DNA of 31,222 nucleotides from Piedraia hortae CBS 480.64 (taxonomy: Eukaryota), in contig MU006014.1 in assembly GCA_010093745.1 (NCBI GenBank), positions 62,001 to 93,222 of the forward strand, read 5' to 3'. The notes under the pieces are model-generated. The model was not told the DNA's origin, searched no databases, and was given only the letters and a program-made list of their open reading frames with translations. Positions 1 to 11,259 of this stretch are shown here, piece after piece. Made by a program: the position numbers and the translations under genes. Every line of letters starts with the position of its first letter. Position 1 is the stretch's first letter.

Positions 1-2139
1 GATTGGGATCCATGAGAAAGTCTCGAAAAGATTCGTGATAAACTCGTACCGCAGCCCGTGAGCCCGCTTTGACCTCCTTGCCACTTGGAAACTCGATTAC
101 GGAACTCAAGGGTTTGAGAGCATTGAGAACAACGTTATTATCTCCTTCCCCCAGCAGATTGCCCAGTGCCGGAATGGTGAGCGGGGAATGCAGAAGGGCG
201 ATTGGTTTAATAACTTGACTGAACCATTGAAGCCATTCCTTGTCGAACTTAGTGGCCTGTATCAGAATATTAGAGTAAATCACGGTCAGTGTATCCGTTT
301 CAGTGAAGTTGAGCCGGTCGACCCATTCTCGAAGCCGTTTGCGTGGATTGTTGCTCACTTCCTTGAATATCGTAGATGCCGCGATGAACAGTGGCTTTGA
401 TATTTCCACAAGTTTGTCGACAGCGCTTTCCCCTGGCCAGTCATCCTCGAGCTCATCAAGACTAGACTCCTTCCTGCTTTGCTCCCGAAGTCTTCTCAGT
501 TCATCGTAACAGAACAACCTCAAGTCGTCTTCGATGGTACTTGATTGCCAGTGTTCAAGCCTCTCATGCTTAAGATCCTTTTGCCCCAACTCGCTTAGCT
601 TATCCCCGATCTTGTTGTCGGACCGGCTCGTCACAAAAACTCTTAGGTTCATGGAGCTTTGTGCACGAAGTCTCGGCCAAAGAGTCATGGCATGGCCTAT
701 CGCTCCCCAGTCCTCGCACTCGTCGAGAGCATCGATGACAATGGCCCTGATATCTGTCGCGGAACCCATGCTGTACCCTGACAGCGATCCTTGGATAAGC
801 GTGTCGAACTGAGTTGTTGGCGCCCTTTCAATCACCGGAGGGGAACCTTTAGAGGCAGCAGCAATCTTGTGGCTAATGCTGGGTACAGAGTCTGCCATTT
901 GACGGGCAATGGTGGGAAACAAACTGCGAGCGCGGCCCAATTCACCATGGCCGCGCTTGAAGAAGAAGCTTCCCACCAGGTACCCTTGCCTCGCAAGTTC
1001 ATCGGCAACGGTTCGCGCAATTGTCGATTTGCCTGTTCCTGCCTTTCCAGATAACCAGAATAGCCTTTGGTCGTCGTTGGCGGTGGCCCAGTGCATGATC
1101 TCCCTTCTGATCTGCACTCGGGTGTCTTCTAGACATAGCTGCAACTCGCCATTTTCGTCGGCATTCCGATTGTCCATCGAATCGTAAGCTGCCCCAGCAG
1201 CCGCCTGCAGAGCACTAAGATCCAGCGCTTGTTTAACGCCTTGGACTCCTTGATTAATCTCTTGCTGGGCTTTCTCCAGCGTGTTCAGCTTTTGCTTGAC
1301 CCATGCCCGCTGCTCCTCTGAAACCTCGCGATCGACAGCTCTTGCATGATATTCAACCGTCCTCAGCATCCCGTCGTGATCAGTCTTGAACTTTGGTATG
1401 ACTTGACCAGTCAGAGAGTGTATCATACCTTTAAATTTTTTCATGTCACATGTGTGCTGTGCGTGCGCCACGAACGTCAAATTGAGGCCGTAGAGCTTGA
1501 CGATGTTGTCATATAAATGGCGAATCGCGGATGTCGCATCAAGCTGGCTATAGATGTCAAAATATCCATTCAGCAGGTGGCCTGTGTCCAGCACCGTTTC
1601 GATTCCTTTCAGGATCGATTCACTTTGCTCCTGAGTTTTCTGGGCCACCTAGGAGATAATGTCATTCAGGGTCGCAGTTGCACAGTATCTTTGCTTACTA
1701 TTAAGAGAGAGCGGATGCCGGCCCACGGCAGGCTGAGGATGTCCGCTTGAGCATTTGTCGCCACGTCAAACACTGGCGCAAATTGCATGATTTGACAAGC
1801 GATCTTCCTCATGCTTATGATCCATTGATCGGACCTTTTAGTTTGGTTTTGGCCTCTTGAGGTCTCGACTCTGGCCGCGTCCCTCTCGAGGTAACTATTT
1901 GGACCAAGCTGCTCCTTGACAAACTCGCAATCTTCAGTGGCAAGATCATTAAGGGCATCAAGTTTTAACTTGTTCTTGTCTCGGAAGGGGTTGTCTGCCA
2001 ACTGAAATGAAGCCTGTACAAGTGTACTGTTTGGCTGTGATGACTGCAAGGGCTGTGAAGCGGAAACCGAATTGTGAGGTCGTAATTTCGACACCAGTGA
2101 TTCACACTTCACCTTGAAGGACTCCCAGTATCTGGGCAT
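1..2139 (-). CDS. Fungal NLR-like NACHT NTPase (HET-E/NWD type) with helical N-terminal domain; 3' end lies beyond the left edge
   Basis: ATG at 2139 (MPRYWESF...), then a 50-nt intron 1649-1698 (GTAAGC...CCTAG). Exon 2 is stop-free to base 1 and reads CLEDTRVQIRREIMHWA, LFWLSGKAGTGKSTIARTVA (Walker A, ~1025-1048), GSFFFKRG, IVIDALDEC (Walker B, ~714-741), LRVFVTSR, PLFIAAST and winged-helix VYHESFRDFL. It is missing from the ORF track because it has no stop in the window. Confidence 0.93.
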
Positions 2140-3848
2140 GCCGGGCACGTTGAATGACGATGAGAAAGAGCAGTTTGAGAAGGTTTGGCATAAGGAAAAC
2201 TTCGCCGTGTTCAAATATGAGCATCGATAAAGTGGGATAGGAGCGGGGTGCATGCATGAGCCTACTGTTAGCGTGTATGAGCGGAATCCACGAATGAGGC
2301 ATATCATAGGCCTCATTTTATGCATGTGTCGTAGGCATGTGCAGGCTAGTAGACGGGATTATCCCGGCTAGATTACCTGGTAGAAAATTGGAGACATCCT
2401 GCAGAATGACCTTTACGTGTAACATTGACCACAACAGACAATCGCAACACCTTGTTCCTTCTAGGTGAGGACGAGGCTTTCATTTTCCACAAATTTAATA
2501 CCGATTGAAAGCCAAAAGGGGGGGCATAATAAGTCTCTTGGTAGCATGGTAGTAGAAATAACATCGTCTTTCGCGTCACCCTCCCATTTCTATTCTCATT
2601 ACTAGAATCGGATACATCACGTGCGGGCCCCCCCTAACCACAGCGTCGGACGCACTTGCTGTGAGGCTGGTCCCCGCATTTCGTGTTTTCATGCGTTTCT
2701 CTTTTTGCTACGAATGTTGTGCATTAGAAGTCTTCCCCACTGCGTGCACACTTTTGATCACCATTTCAAACGCAAATAGCACCACACACATCCACTCCAC
2801 ATAGCAGTGTACTATATTTCTCGAAAGCGCTTCCTCTAAGGTTTCATGTGGTACTCTTTTTGATGGTTAGCGATTCCATCGGAAGCGGGAATGTTGTGAT
2901 TAATGCCAAAACGCGGTCTCGCACACATGACGACCCTAAGCAACCATCTCTGGGCCAAGGCGTATGAGGCACCGACCGCTACAATCTTAAAGATATTAGC
3001 TTTCTTGTTAATCTTATTTGAGGCGCGCGCGACGTCTGGGCGCGGTGGGTCATCGATTCAAAGTTGATGAAGTCGTTACGATATCGGCACGACAACTTTG
3101 AATCGACACAACAGATCGCATAATCATCGCAAACGACCATAATTACATGAATATGAACGCTGCAATGAATGGATTCCGATGATATGCACCGCAAAGATTG
3201 AATCCGTTTTCATTGTGCCCTTTTGCGAGGTTTGATCATGCGCGAAATGGTCTTCGAAACTCGCGGAAAATTGGGCCATAAGCTTACGAAAACCTACAAA
3301 AAAAAAACCGGAGGGATATGATCTTCAAGGTATAGCCTTCTGCCTCAATCAAGTTGGAAACGTTTGAGTGTCGCGCTACATCGCTCGAAAATCGGCGAGT
3401 TTGAGCGATTTCGATGTGGCTTTCGCGGGGAAGCGCGGGGCGGCACCCCACGTCTAACGACACCTCACGCCAACGCCACGTCCAACCGCTTGTGCGATAC
3501 ATGGATGACTCTCGTCTCTCCGACACTGTAGGCAGTTCAAATACGTCAATCCTGTTATCTTTGTGCCTCGAGAGTCCTTCGGAAGGCAGTTGGTAGAATG
3601 GCAACTCCTGGTACCCTAGCATAAGACGCGTCCAGAGCGACCATAACATCGGGACGGGATAAATTGCCTGTCCCGGGTCTTCCATACAAACAACTACATC
3701 TGTAACAGAGAATAAGATTGCCAGGATGAGTAGATGCATGTAGATGTTCATATATAGCCATTCCTGCCGGTCCATGTTCCGTACAGACGGTCTGTTCTTC
3801 TTTTCCCACTCCGTAGTTCTTCCATACCGCTTCCCATCTCTTGTCATC

Positions 3849-4706
3849 ATGGACGCTGCCCTTAGTGAACCATATGCTCTGGTCGAGAATGGCATCAAGC
3901 CAAACTTCGCGGCTACCGCCAAAAAGCATCTGGTCAATCGTACAACCTTGTACAAACGGTCCCAGGGCCTCACGGCGGATCGCGACACCGCATTGGAGGC
4001 GCGCAGGAGCCTGTCAAAGGAGCAATCAGAGGCGCTGGTCAAGTACATCAGCTTCATGTGTGACTGGTGCTTGCCTCCCTCGCTAGCCATCGTGCTGAAG
4101 CTGGCGCAAAGCATCTGCCAGCAAGACCTTGGAAAGAGCTGGCCCGATTGGTTTGTGGAAAGAAACCGAAAGAGCCTTGATTGTCGGTACATGAATGGTA
4201 TTGACCTCTTGCGTCATAAAGCCGACTCTCGCAAGAGCTACCGGGCCTATTTCGAGGTGCTGGAGAAGATTCAGGGCCTAAAAATCCAACCAGAAAATGT
4301 GTACAATATGGATGGAAAGGGGTTTCTCATTGGCAAGGGCCAGAAGATAAAGCGGAGATTTGCCCGCAACCATTACGAGCAAGGCCGACTGATTGGAGCG
4401 GGCCAGGATGGTAACCGCGAGTGGGTTACTGTTATGGCCACCATTTGCAGAGACGGAAACACGCTGCCGCCAACTGTCATCTATGCTTCGGCCTCGGGCA
4501 CCGTCCAAGACAGTTGGGTGGAAGAGTCAGACACCGGCAAGCATACGGCGTACTTTGCGGCGACGAACGGTTGGACCAACGACAAGCTAGGCTGCCACTG
4601 GCTCATCCGTGTTTTTGACAAGGCGACGAGTGGCCAGGCCAGGCGTAGGTGGCGGCTGCTGCTCGTGGACAGCCACGGGCTGCCTGCTAGTCCTTGGCAA
4701 CCATAG
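3849..4706 (+). mobile_element. Truncated Fot1/pogo-family (Tc1/mariner superfamily) DDE transposase remnant
   Basis: N-terminal HTH region (AATAKKHLVNRTTLYKR, LSKEQSEALVKYI, LGKSWPDWFVERN), VYNMDGKGFLIG (family consensus NMDEKG), QDGNREWVTVMATIC, TNGWTN and RWRLLLVDSH (consensus DGH). Homology stops at ~4680, before the third catalytic residue. No TIRs identified. Confidence 0.9.
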
Positions 4707-5257
4707 GCGTCCCCTGCCCTCGAATTTCCTGCAGATGCCGAATGATTTCGGCATTCTGCTCTGCCAGCAAGCTGGCTAGCCCAGCAAGGGGCTCTTTTAC
4801 CGCCGCCGCCGAAGGCTAGATGCTGGCCGTCAGTAATGGCGCAGCAGCCGCTGCCGCCCCACCGGCACGCAACGATGCTTGCGGTCGTGTTGGACGAGGG
4901 GCGACCTTTCGGGGAGGCAGCATCGATGATACTGCCTTGGCAGGCTCTGGTGAGGATGGCGCCGGAGAAGAAAGCGCCGGACGGGCCAGGGCTTGCGGGT
5001 GTGGTATTGTCTCAAATAGAGACGGCGAACGCGGCATAGCAACAGGCGAATGAGATGACCGGCAATAGCGCGAACGGCCGCCATTGGGTTACACGCCGGC
5101 CTGTAGTAGACGACGGCCCCGCAGTCGTCTTTGCAACCCTCAAGTCGGACTGTTCGTCTTCGGCAGGGCGGTCGACTTGGACGCGTTTGCCAGGTCGAGA
5201 TGCTTCATTGCTTGTGGTATTCACGCGCTTCTTGCTTTCCTTTTTCTTGGGAGGCAT
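4680..5257 (-). pseudogene. Broken low-complexity ORF with basic N-terminus (MPPKKKESKKR...), Pro/Ala/Ser-rich
   Basis: ORF 5012..5257 and the overlapping ORF 4816..5037 in another frame look like one frameshifted gene. Past the TAG at 4816-4818 the second frame continues protein-like (PSAAAVKEPLAGLASLLAEQNAEIIRHLQEIRG) to the transposase junction. Confidence 0.45.
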
Positions 5258-5476
5258 GGTTTTGGAGTGTGTTGGAAGGAGGAAGGGATCTACTCATATC
5301 ACTTTGAGATTGGTGAATGGTGACGCAGTCAACAGTGTGTGTGATACCTCATTATGGAATCCGTCTGAGATCTAGAGAAGGCTTTGCACCGCAAGACTGG
5401 TCTAGACTCTCTTCCCGGCCCGAACCGCATTTGCTGTGACAACGTCCTCTGACGTAACCACGCTCCAGGGGAAACA

Positions 5477-5572
5477 TCCTGTTGTGAATATGCCGTATAT
5501 AACGCGCATTATTAGCAATCGGTGCTCGGCTCTCGACTTGACGCGTCAACTAGTTTTCCATAGACTTGTATG
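5477..5572 (+). repeat. Dispersed direct repeat, copy 1 (pairs with 31125-31222)
   Basis: Hand alignment to 31125-31222 gives 9 substitutions plus one 2-nt indel over 98 columns. Weaker similarity extends ~120 nt to the left in both copies. Confidence 0.92.
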
Positions 5573-7977
5573 CTTACTGGTACACATCTACTCACAACTA
5601 TAACACATCCTCCATGAGGTGAAAACCCTTGAGAGTCCAGTGCCCTATCTACCTAAGGCAGGCGTCTGACACTTTATCACCCTTGTGCACGTATTTGCGC
5701 GTCTATCATCGTGAAACAGAATACATACACATAACAGCTTACAAAGCCAGACGGAACAAAGTCCGCAGTCCGTCAAACGCCTTCTTTTTAAATGATCTTT
5801 TCCGACTTTGCATGTGCGATGCGATGAATATGTTCATTCTATTCAGCGTTATCGGAAGAATGATTCGTTTTGTCAGACTATTGATTGAGGAGGGCCTTGT
5901 TGTGAATTTCTGGGCGGAAAAGGGCTGGTTGCATCGACTAGGTGAGCCGCACCATGTGACTTTCTAGTCGTGTCATACAGTGCCATGATGACACCTTCGT
6001 CTGATATGTGAAGTCCAAGTGCAGACAAAGCCCACCCAACACACCCAACTCATCGTGCTGGACGGCGGACAGTAGTCTCTGCAACTCGACAATTAGTTTC
6101 AAGAATAATCTTGCTGGGAGCAAAAATATTGCCTCCACCTGGCTATTAAGCCTCATTGAGGCGGCTTGTCTAAATATTCGCTGGAAGATAGGACGGTACC
6201 TGTCGGAGCCTATGACATGGGTTGCAGGGACATTCTTGTCTCCCCCAGGTTTCGTCCGCCGGTGCGATGCAAGCATCCCACCTTGTGTTCTGTTTGGTCT
6301 ATGCTTTCATGTAGATAGAGACCGACCCCCAGAGGATCGGAGTTATCGGCTTGGTTGTGCATTTATCTCCCTTTATCCTGAGGAGCTCACTCACTCGCAG
6401 AAGATCTCACTGTAGACGCCCTTCATTTGAGGAATAAATTATGTTCGACCTGAGTTACGGGCTCGCAGGCTTGAATCGTGCTTACAGAACGCTGAAGGCA
6501 GGCCATGATCTTATGGATCAGTCACAGCTGTTCGAAGACACCTTGATTCAGTTGTTAACCGGTACTTCCAAAATACCCTTTCCTCATGCTGGGGGCGATA
6601 TGTTTCTTCTGAGATTAGGGCAGGGGCGAATGAGATTGGGTGTCTGCTTCGTTCCTGGTTTCACAATAGATGATATGTCAGTGCAGATCTGCCACCGGTC
6701 ATTGTAGGAGTGCCTTGGCTAGAAGTAGTATCCATACCTATGAAGATTTTGATGATAGTGGTACTTTAGCGTGGCGATGGACTGCAAATTGTAAAGAGTG
6801 AGACGGTAGAAGAGTGTTGGAGTCAAGCATCGCCGCTAACGCGTATTCGCGACACTTACATGACAAGTCAACTATACCTCCTAAACTACCGGCTGCACCC
6901 TAGGTTTTCCCCTTACAGATATTTTCCCTCAGGGTCATGTCATATGTGAAATGGCGAATGTGCCCTGCTAGTGTACGACGTGACGCCACCGGCCCACAGG
7001 TATAGAGTATTTATTCTGACGTCCCCTCACAGATACATATTGTTCTAATAAGTAGCGGCACCTCACAGATGTGTCAGTATACACGCTTATCTAGAGCTAC
7101 GCAAGAATATTTCTGAGTACTCGAATCCTGGTCAGGGATGTGGGTCATCACCTGCGGATCGCTCCGTGGCGACCTGCACAACACATATAGTCATTCACAC
7201 TGTCATATCGACACCGGTATTGACTCCTAACCACCTGCATCTTTCCTATCCTTGTCGTTGATTTCCTTCTACCGCTATGTCCTTCTATTTCGGGCCGCTG
7301 CGCACTTCCATCCGCGAGAGTACTATCGCTACACGAACGGATACAGAAACCGGGACTTAAAGCCGAGTGGAACTCAGCGGGGACTAGAAATGACTTATGA
7401 CAATCAAATACCCGCCGATGGGAGCTTAGCCACCGATCTGGCACCAAGCAGAATCATTCCTTCCGAGAGGTGATCATGGCACACCCAGCATCGAAGTGGT
7501 AGAGCGTTTTTCCATCATTCTTGCTCCATCTAGGGTTGACAGCGAATATGACAGCTCCAAGACACTTGACACTGAGAGTGCATTCGCCACATGGCAAGTA
7601 TGAGCTTGGCAAGTCCGACCTGAATCGCGGGGAAAAGTCAAGGGAGTCAATCTGCAACATTTTGCGGTGTATCGGTATATATTCACATGATCCTATCAGT
7701 GAGGCTTCAAGTCAACCATATACTCATGTCGCCAATGCATGATTTATGAAAACTTATCTCTGGATGCTATCCTCCATTCTGCATAGACAAAGGACTTAGT
7801 ACTCAGAACGCCATAACATAAACAGCAAGGCTGCGCCTTCCAATTTCATGTTACTATTCATTGGCCTTTATTTCTCCCATAATTACCGTCGGACGTCTAG
7901 AACTCACAACAACCAGGATTTAGTCGTATTATTAACAAGTACGTCTTCCAAGCGGAGTCGGCTAACTGAGTCATCCT

Positions 7978-8049
7978 TTGGGGATTCACCGTCACTCAGT
8001 TGAAAACGTATTACATCAGCAAGAGAGGAAAACGTTCGTGTTGATACGA

Positions 8050-8092
<43 letters not shown>

Positions 8093-8739
8093 ACGACTTT
8101 ACATCCTGGCCTCGCCCAACAGCCAGATTCCAACGCCAACATCGCCATGACCCCACTGCCGATGGCTCACCTGGATGCAAGTTTTCCCCTGTTGTCGAGC
8201 AATCACGTCAGTCCTGCATCTCTACTCAGTTCCTCCAATCAGTTTGCCCAACCAGCTTATGTTAGCTACATTCCATCGTCACATGATTCCTCATTGCACC
8301 CAGCTACGTAGATGTACACAATGCTCCAAATGGAACGCCTGGTAATGGAGTTGTCCAGCCAGCAGGCCAAGTGCCTGGACGACTACATGTCGACGAAAAG
8401 GACTATGAGGATCTGCTAAACAGTATGCATTTCAAACGTATTGTTCGAGATATGACAAATGAACAAAATATTGTCGGCTTACATTATCTTACCCTCCTAA
8501 GGTACATCGGGCCTTAGATTTCAGAATCCGCTTGGTTGTCAAACGCTCTCGACTTAATGCGATTCTTTCAACTAGTGCTAGGAGATCCGTACAGCCCCCA
8601 GCGTCCCGTCCAACTTCACGACGAGGGCCGCAATGACCGGGAACTTAGGATGTACCTTGAGTACGTATTTACGCGAGACCAACATTTGGTGACGTCGACT
8701 GAATTCATGCTAATTTTACGAAGTGTACACTGTGGCTGA
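7978..8739 (+). pseudogene. Unknown-domain family member A (subtype 1), disrupted
   Basis: One frame with internal stops at 8263, 8284 and 8515. 8401-8739 reads DYEDLLNSMHFKRIVRDM...RYIGP*ISESAWLSNALDLMRFFQLVLGDPYSPQRPVQLHDEGRNDRELRMYLEYVFTRDQHLVTSTEF and aligns to the first domain of 11260..13023. The 5' boundary is uncertain. Confidence 0.8.
8052..8089 (+). repeat. C38 homopolymer
   Basis: 38 consecutive C counted directly. Confidence 0.97.
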
Positions 8740-9462
8740 AGAACAAGCATGGGGATATATCTTGATGCTCGCTGGGTGGGGGTCCATTGGATATGGATAG
8801 AGATAAGGGTTTTTGGTTGTCAGCGGATCGTACTGCAGGTATTTCTATGAGGTGACCGATCTCAGTACTGTGGATCGTCGAGGTAGATAGAACCGTAAGA
8901 ATCTTCAATTTCGTTGTGTTGCTGTGCCTGTCTGGGATTGCCACTCGATAACTGTACTCAACTTACACCCCAGATTCACAAACCCCTCTTTCTTCCTTGT
9001 AAGTATTCTATTCATCTCGCCAGATATTTCTCCGCGTATCTCGACTTGCCACGCAACATCCACAAAGTCACACAGAGGTATCCATTCGTTACAGTATGTA
9101 GTCATACCTGATGCTTGGCCCGTACAACCGCTTTTGAACTCTCTTGGTCGGCTACAACGAGACATTCAAAAACAGCAGAATAAAAGCATGGCGTCGCTGT
9201 GAGTCCTGTTGAGGTGATATTGAATCTAGGGTTCAAGAGCGATCCCTTACCGTTCAATCTCATTCCTTCGAAAATAGTAGACGATGCCTTAGGGTCACAC
9301 CGCACTTTCGTCGATTCACCGTAGAACGTCGAAAGGTTGTAATGTCCATAGTCACACCACCTTCCAATTTCGTGGTTTACTCATTGACACAGGTCTTTCG
9401 ACAATTTCAGACAACATGATACTTCTGTCAGCTAAAATTACTCAGTACCGTTCTTAGCATGC

Positions 9463-10332
9463 TTGCCTCTGAAGCGACGAAAGGCTACCCAGTTGCCTAC
9501 TTATAAGTCAAACCGCACGAAGAAAGAACGCATTGCAGCGCCAGAAGAAGATGGTGTCCGTGTAGAAAATGAAATTGCTTCAACTTCGCAGCCACGTTCG
9601 GCCCCACAGCCAAATTCAGACCCCGCCTTGCCCACGACTCCAAAAACGGGATATGTCATAGGTGCTAATTTCCACTCGACTTCGAACAAACGCGACAGTT
9701 CCGCTTCTTCACTTAGCTCATCAAATCAGTTTGGCCAATCTTACCCGGCGCCCTACACCCCGTCGCGTGACCTCACTTGGAACATCAAAATGTTGAGGGA
9801 CTCTAATGTGTCTAGAGGTCCATCTTCAATCAGTCCATACTATTACTCTATTGAATCGTCGCCGATGCCTTGAATATTACCCCATAGTACACCTGTGGAT
9901 TCCCGTGTTCAACCCTCGTCGAGCCCTCCATATGGTATTGCTCAGCCTTCCTAGCCACCCCAGGGCCAGTCCCACGTGACCACTCAAGACTACTCACCAC
10001 ATGCGGGCTACTACTATCTACTCATTCACCCCTGAATCATTTTGGTTTGGATTAATGAAGGAATCCATGAGTTCCTGGATGCCATAGCCTACCTCAGGGC
10101 CATTGGGCCTTGGAAACGAGATCCCTACTGGATGGATCGCGCCTGCGCCATGATGCTGGAGCTTGAGAAATCAGTAAGAGAACCGTACTTGATCGAGAAT
10201 CTTAAGAGACTCCACACATTAAGCTAACACGGTAAAGACTCGAATGTGGACCTTACGTACGTGTTCGAAAGACATGTAAGCCTAGCAAAGTCGGCGCAGT
10301 TCCGTCGCATCGTGGCAGAAGCTGCACGGTGA
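9463..10332 (+). pseudogene. Unknown-domain family member B (subtype 1), disrupted
   Basis: Single frame with internal stops at 9871, 9952, 10033 and 10225. N-terminal SSASSLSSSNQFGQSYPAPYTPSRDLTWN matches SASAFSPLNQLDQPASAYVTPPRVSTWS of 11260. C-terminal LDAIAYLRAIGPWKRDPYWMDRACAMMLELEKSVREPYLIENLKRLHTLS*...TYVFERHVSLAKSAQFRRI matches its first domain. Confidence 0.85.
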
Positions 10333-11259
10333 CCACTCTTCAAGAAGCCAGAGGGATCATGAGTCGTGCTTGCCTGGATGTTTGGCGTATGCTAGAAGAA
10401 AAGTTTCTGTGGATGGCGAAGAGGATTTCACTTCTAATCGGCACGAATTTCCAGTCTTTCTGTCGAAAAAACGTGGATTTTCCCCCATATTATTCAAATG
10501 GGATTGACACAGTTCATTTCTTCGGGGTAATCCAATACCAGAGTGATGCAATTATTGGGAGAGCCGAGAAATGGCCAATTGTAGACCTTTACAACGATTT
10601 TGTGCCACTCCATTTTCCTGGCACATTCTTTTTATTCCTCCCACTGGATTTATTCCTAAATAATCATCTTTCACGCAGAATAAGAACCATATCTCGTGGG
10701 TAAGGAAATAACATTGTAGATCCTGTTCTACCCCTTAAGTGGTTGACTCGTTACAAAAGAGTCGCATTACTCGATTCAGATGATATATTCGTGTATCCAT
10801 CACTGTATTTCCACTCAAGACTACGTTATCTTAGGACCAGACAGGTATAACTGGCGCTCTCGTAGGATAATGCTGTCAATCGTTGCCCAACATTCCGCCC
10901 AAGTGGTCACAAAAGTACCACGTGTGGTTCTAAATGTTAGAGTATGGGCATGTGCTGGGCATATAATGCGTAGCGACATGTGGGTGGATGGACACAGGAA
11001 GTGAATCATTAGCCAGCCAAACATATGTCTGGATGCTGTCCTCGAATATGAACAGACAATGTGGCCAGATTTGAGGACACCATAACGTAAACACCATGGC
11101 CACACCTTCCCATTTCCTGACATTACTCATTGGCCCACATGTCTTTCAACACTTGGTGGACATCCTGATGTTTCAAGAGAGGCAAAAGCGCTCGATTATG
11201 TTCCGAGCTGATATATAATTTAGGCATCGAAAGTCTGTTGAGTCGTTCTCCGAGATTTA

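Noticed and set aside
188..1750. Several short + strand ORFs
   Set aside because: Antisense shadows of the NACHT exon on the minus strand.
2618..2685. Imperfect stem-loop (CACG/TGCGGG...CACAGC...GCTGTG...CCCGCA/CGTG) with one CCCTAA; considered as tRNA, telomerase-RNA template or TIR
   Set aside because: No cloverleaf, only one telomeric hexamer, and no partner inverted repeat found.
3284..4192. 302-aa minus-strand ORF
   Set aside because: Partly antisense to the transposase, with no recognisable motifs.
5700..7750. Fragmentary ORFs on both strands, including a possible decayed minus-strand gene at ~5740-6735
   Set aside because: Many stops, no consistent frame and no recognisable family; could be old coding debris but cannot be supported.
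10329..10703. 124-aa + strand ORF after member B
   Set aside because: No similarity to the family domain or any motif I recognise.
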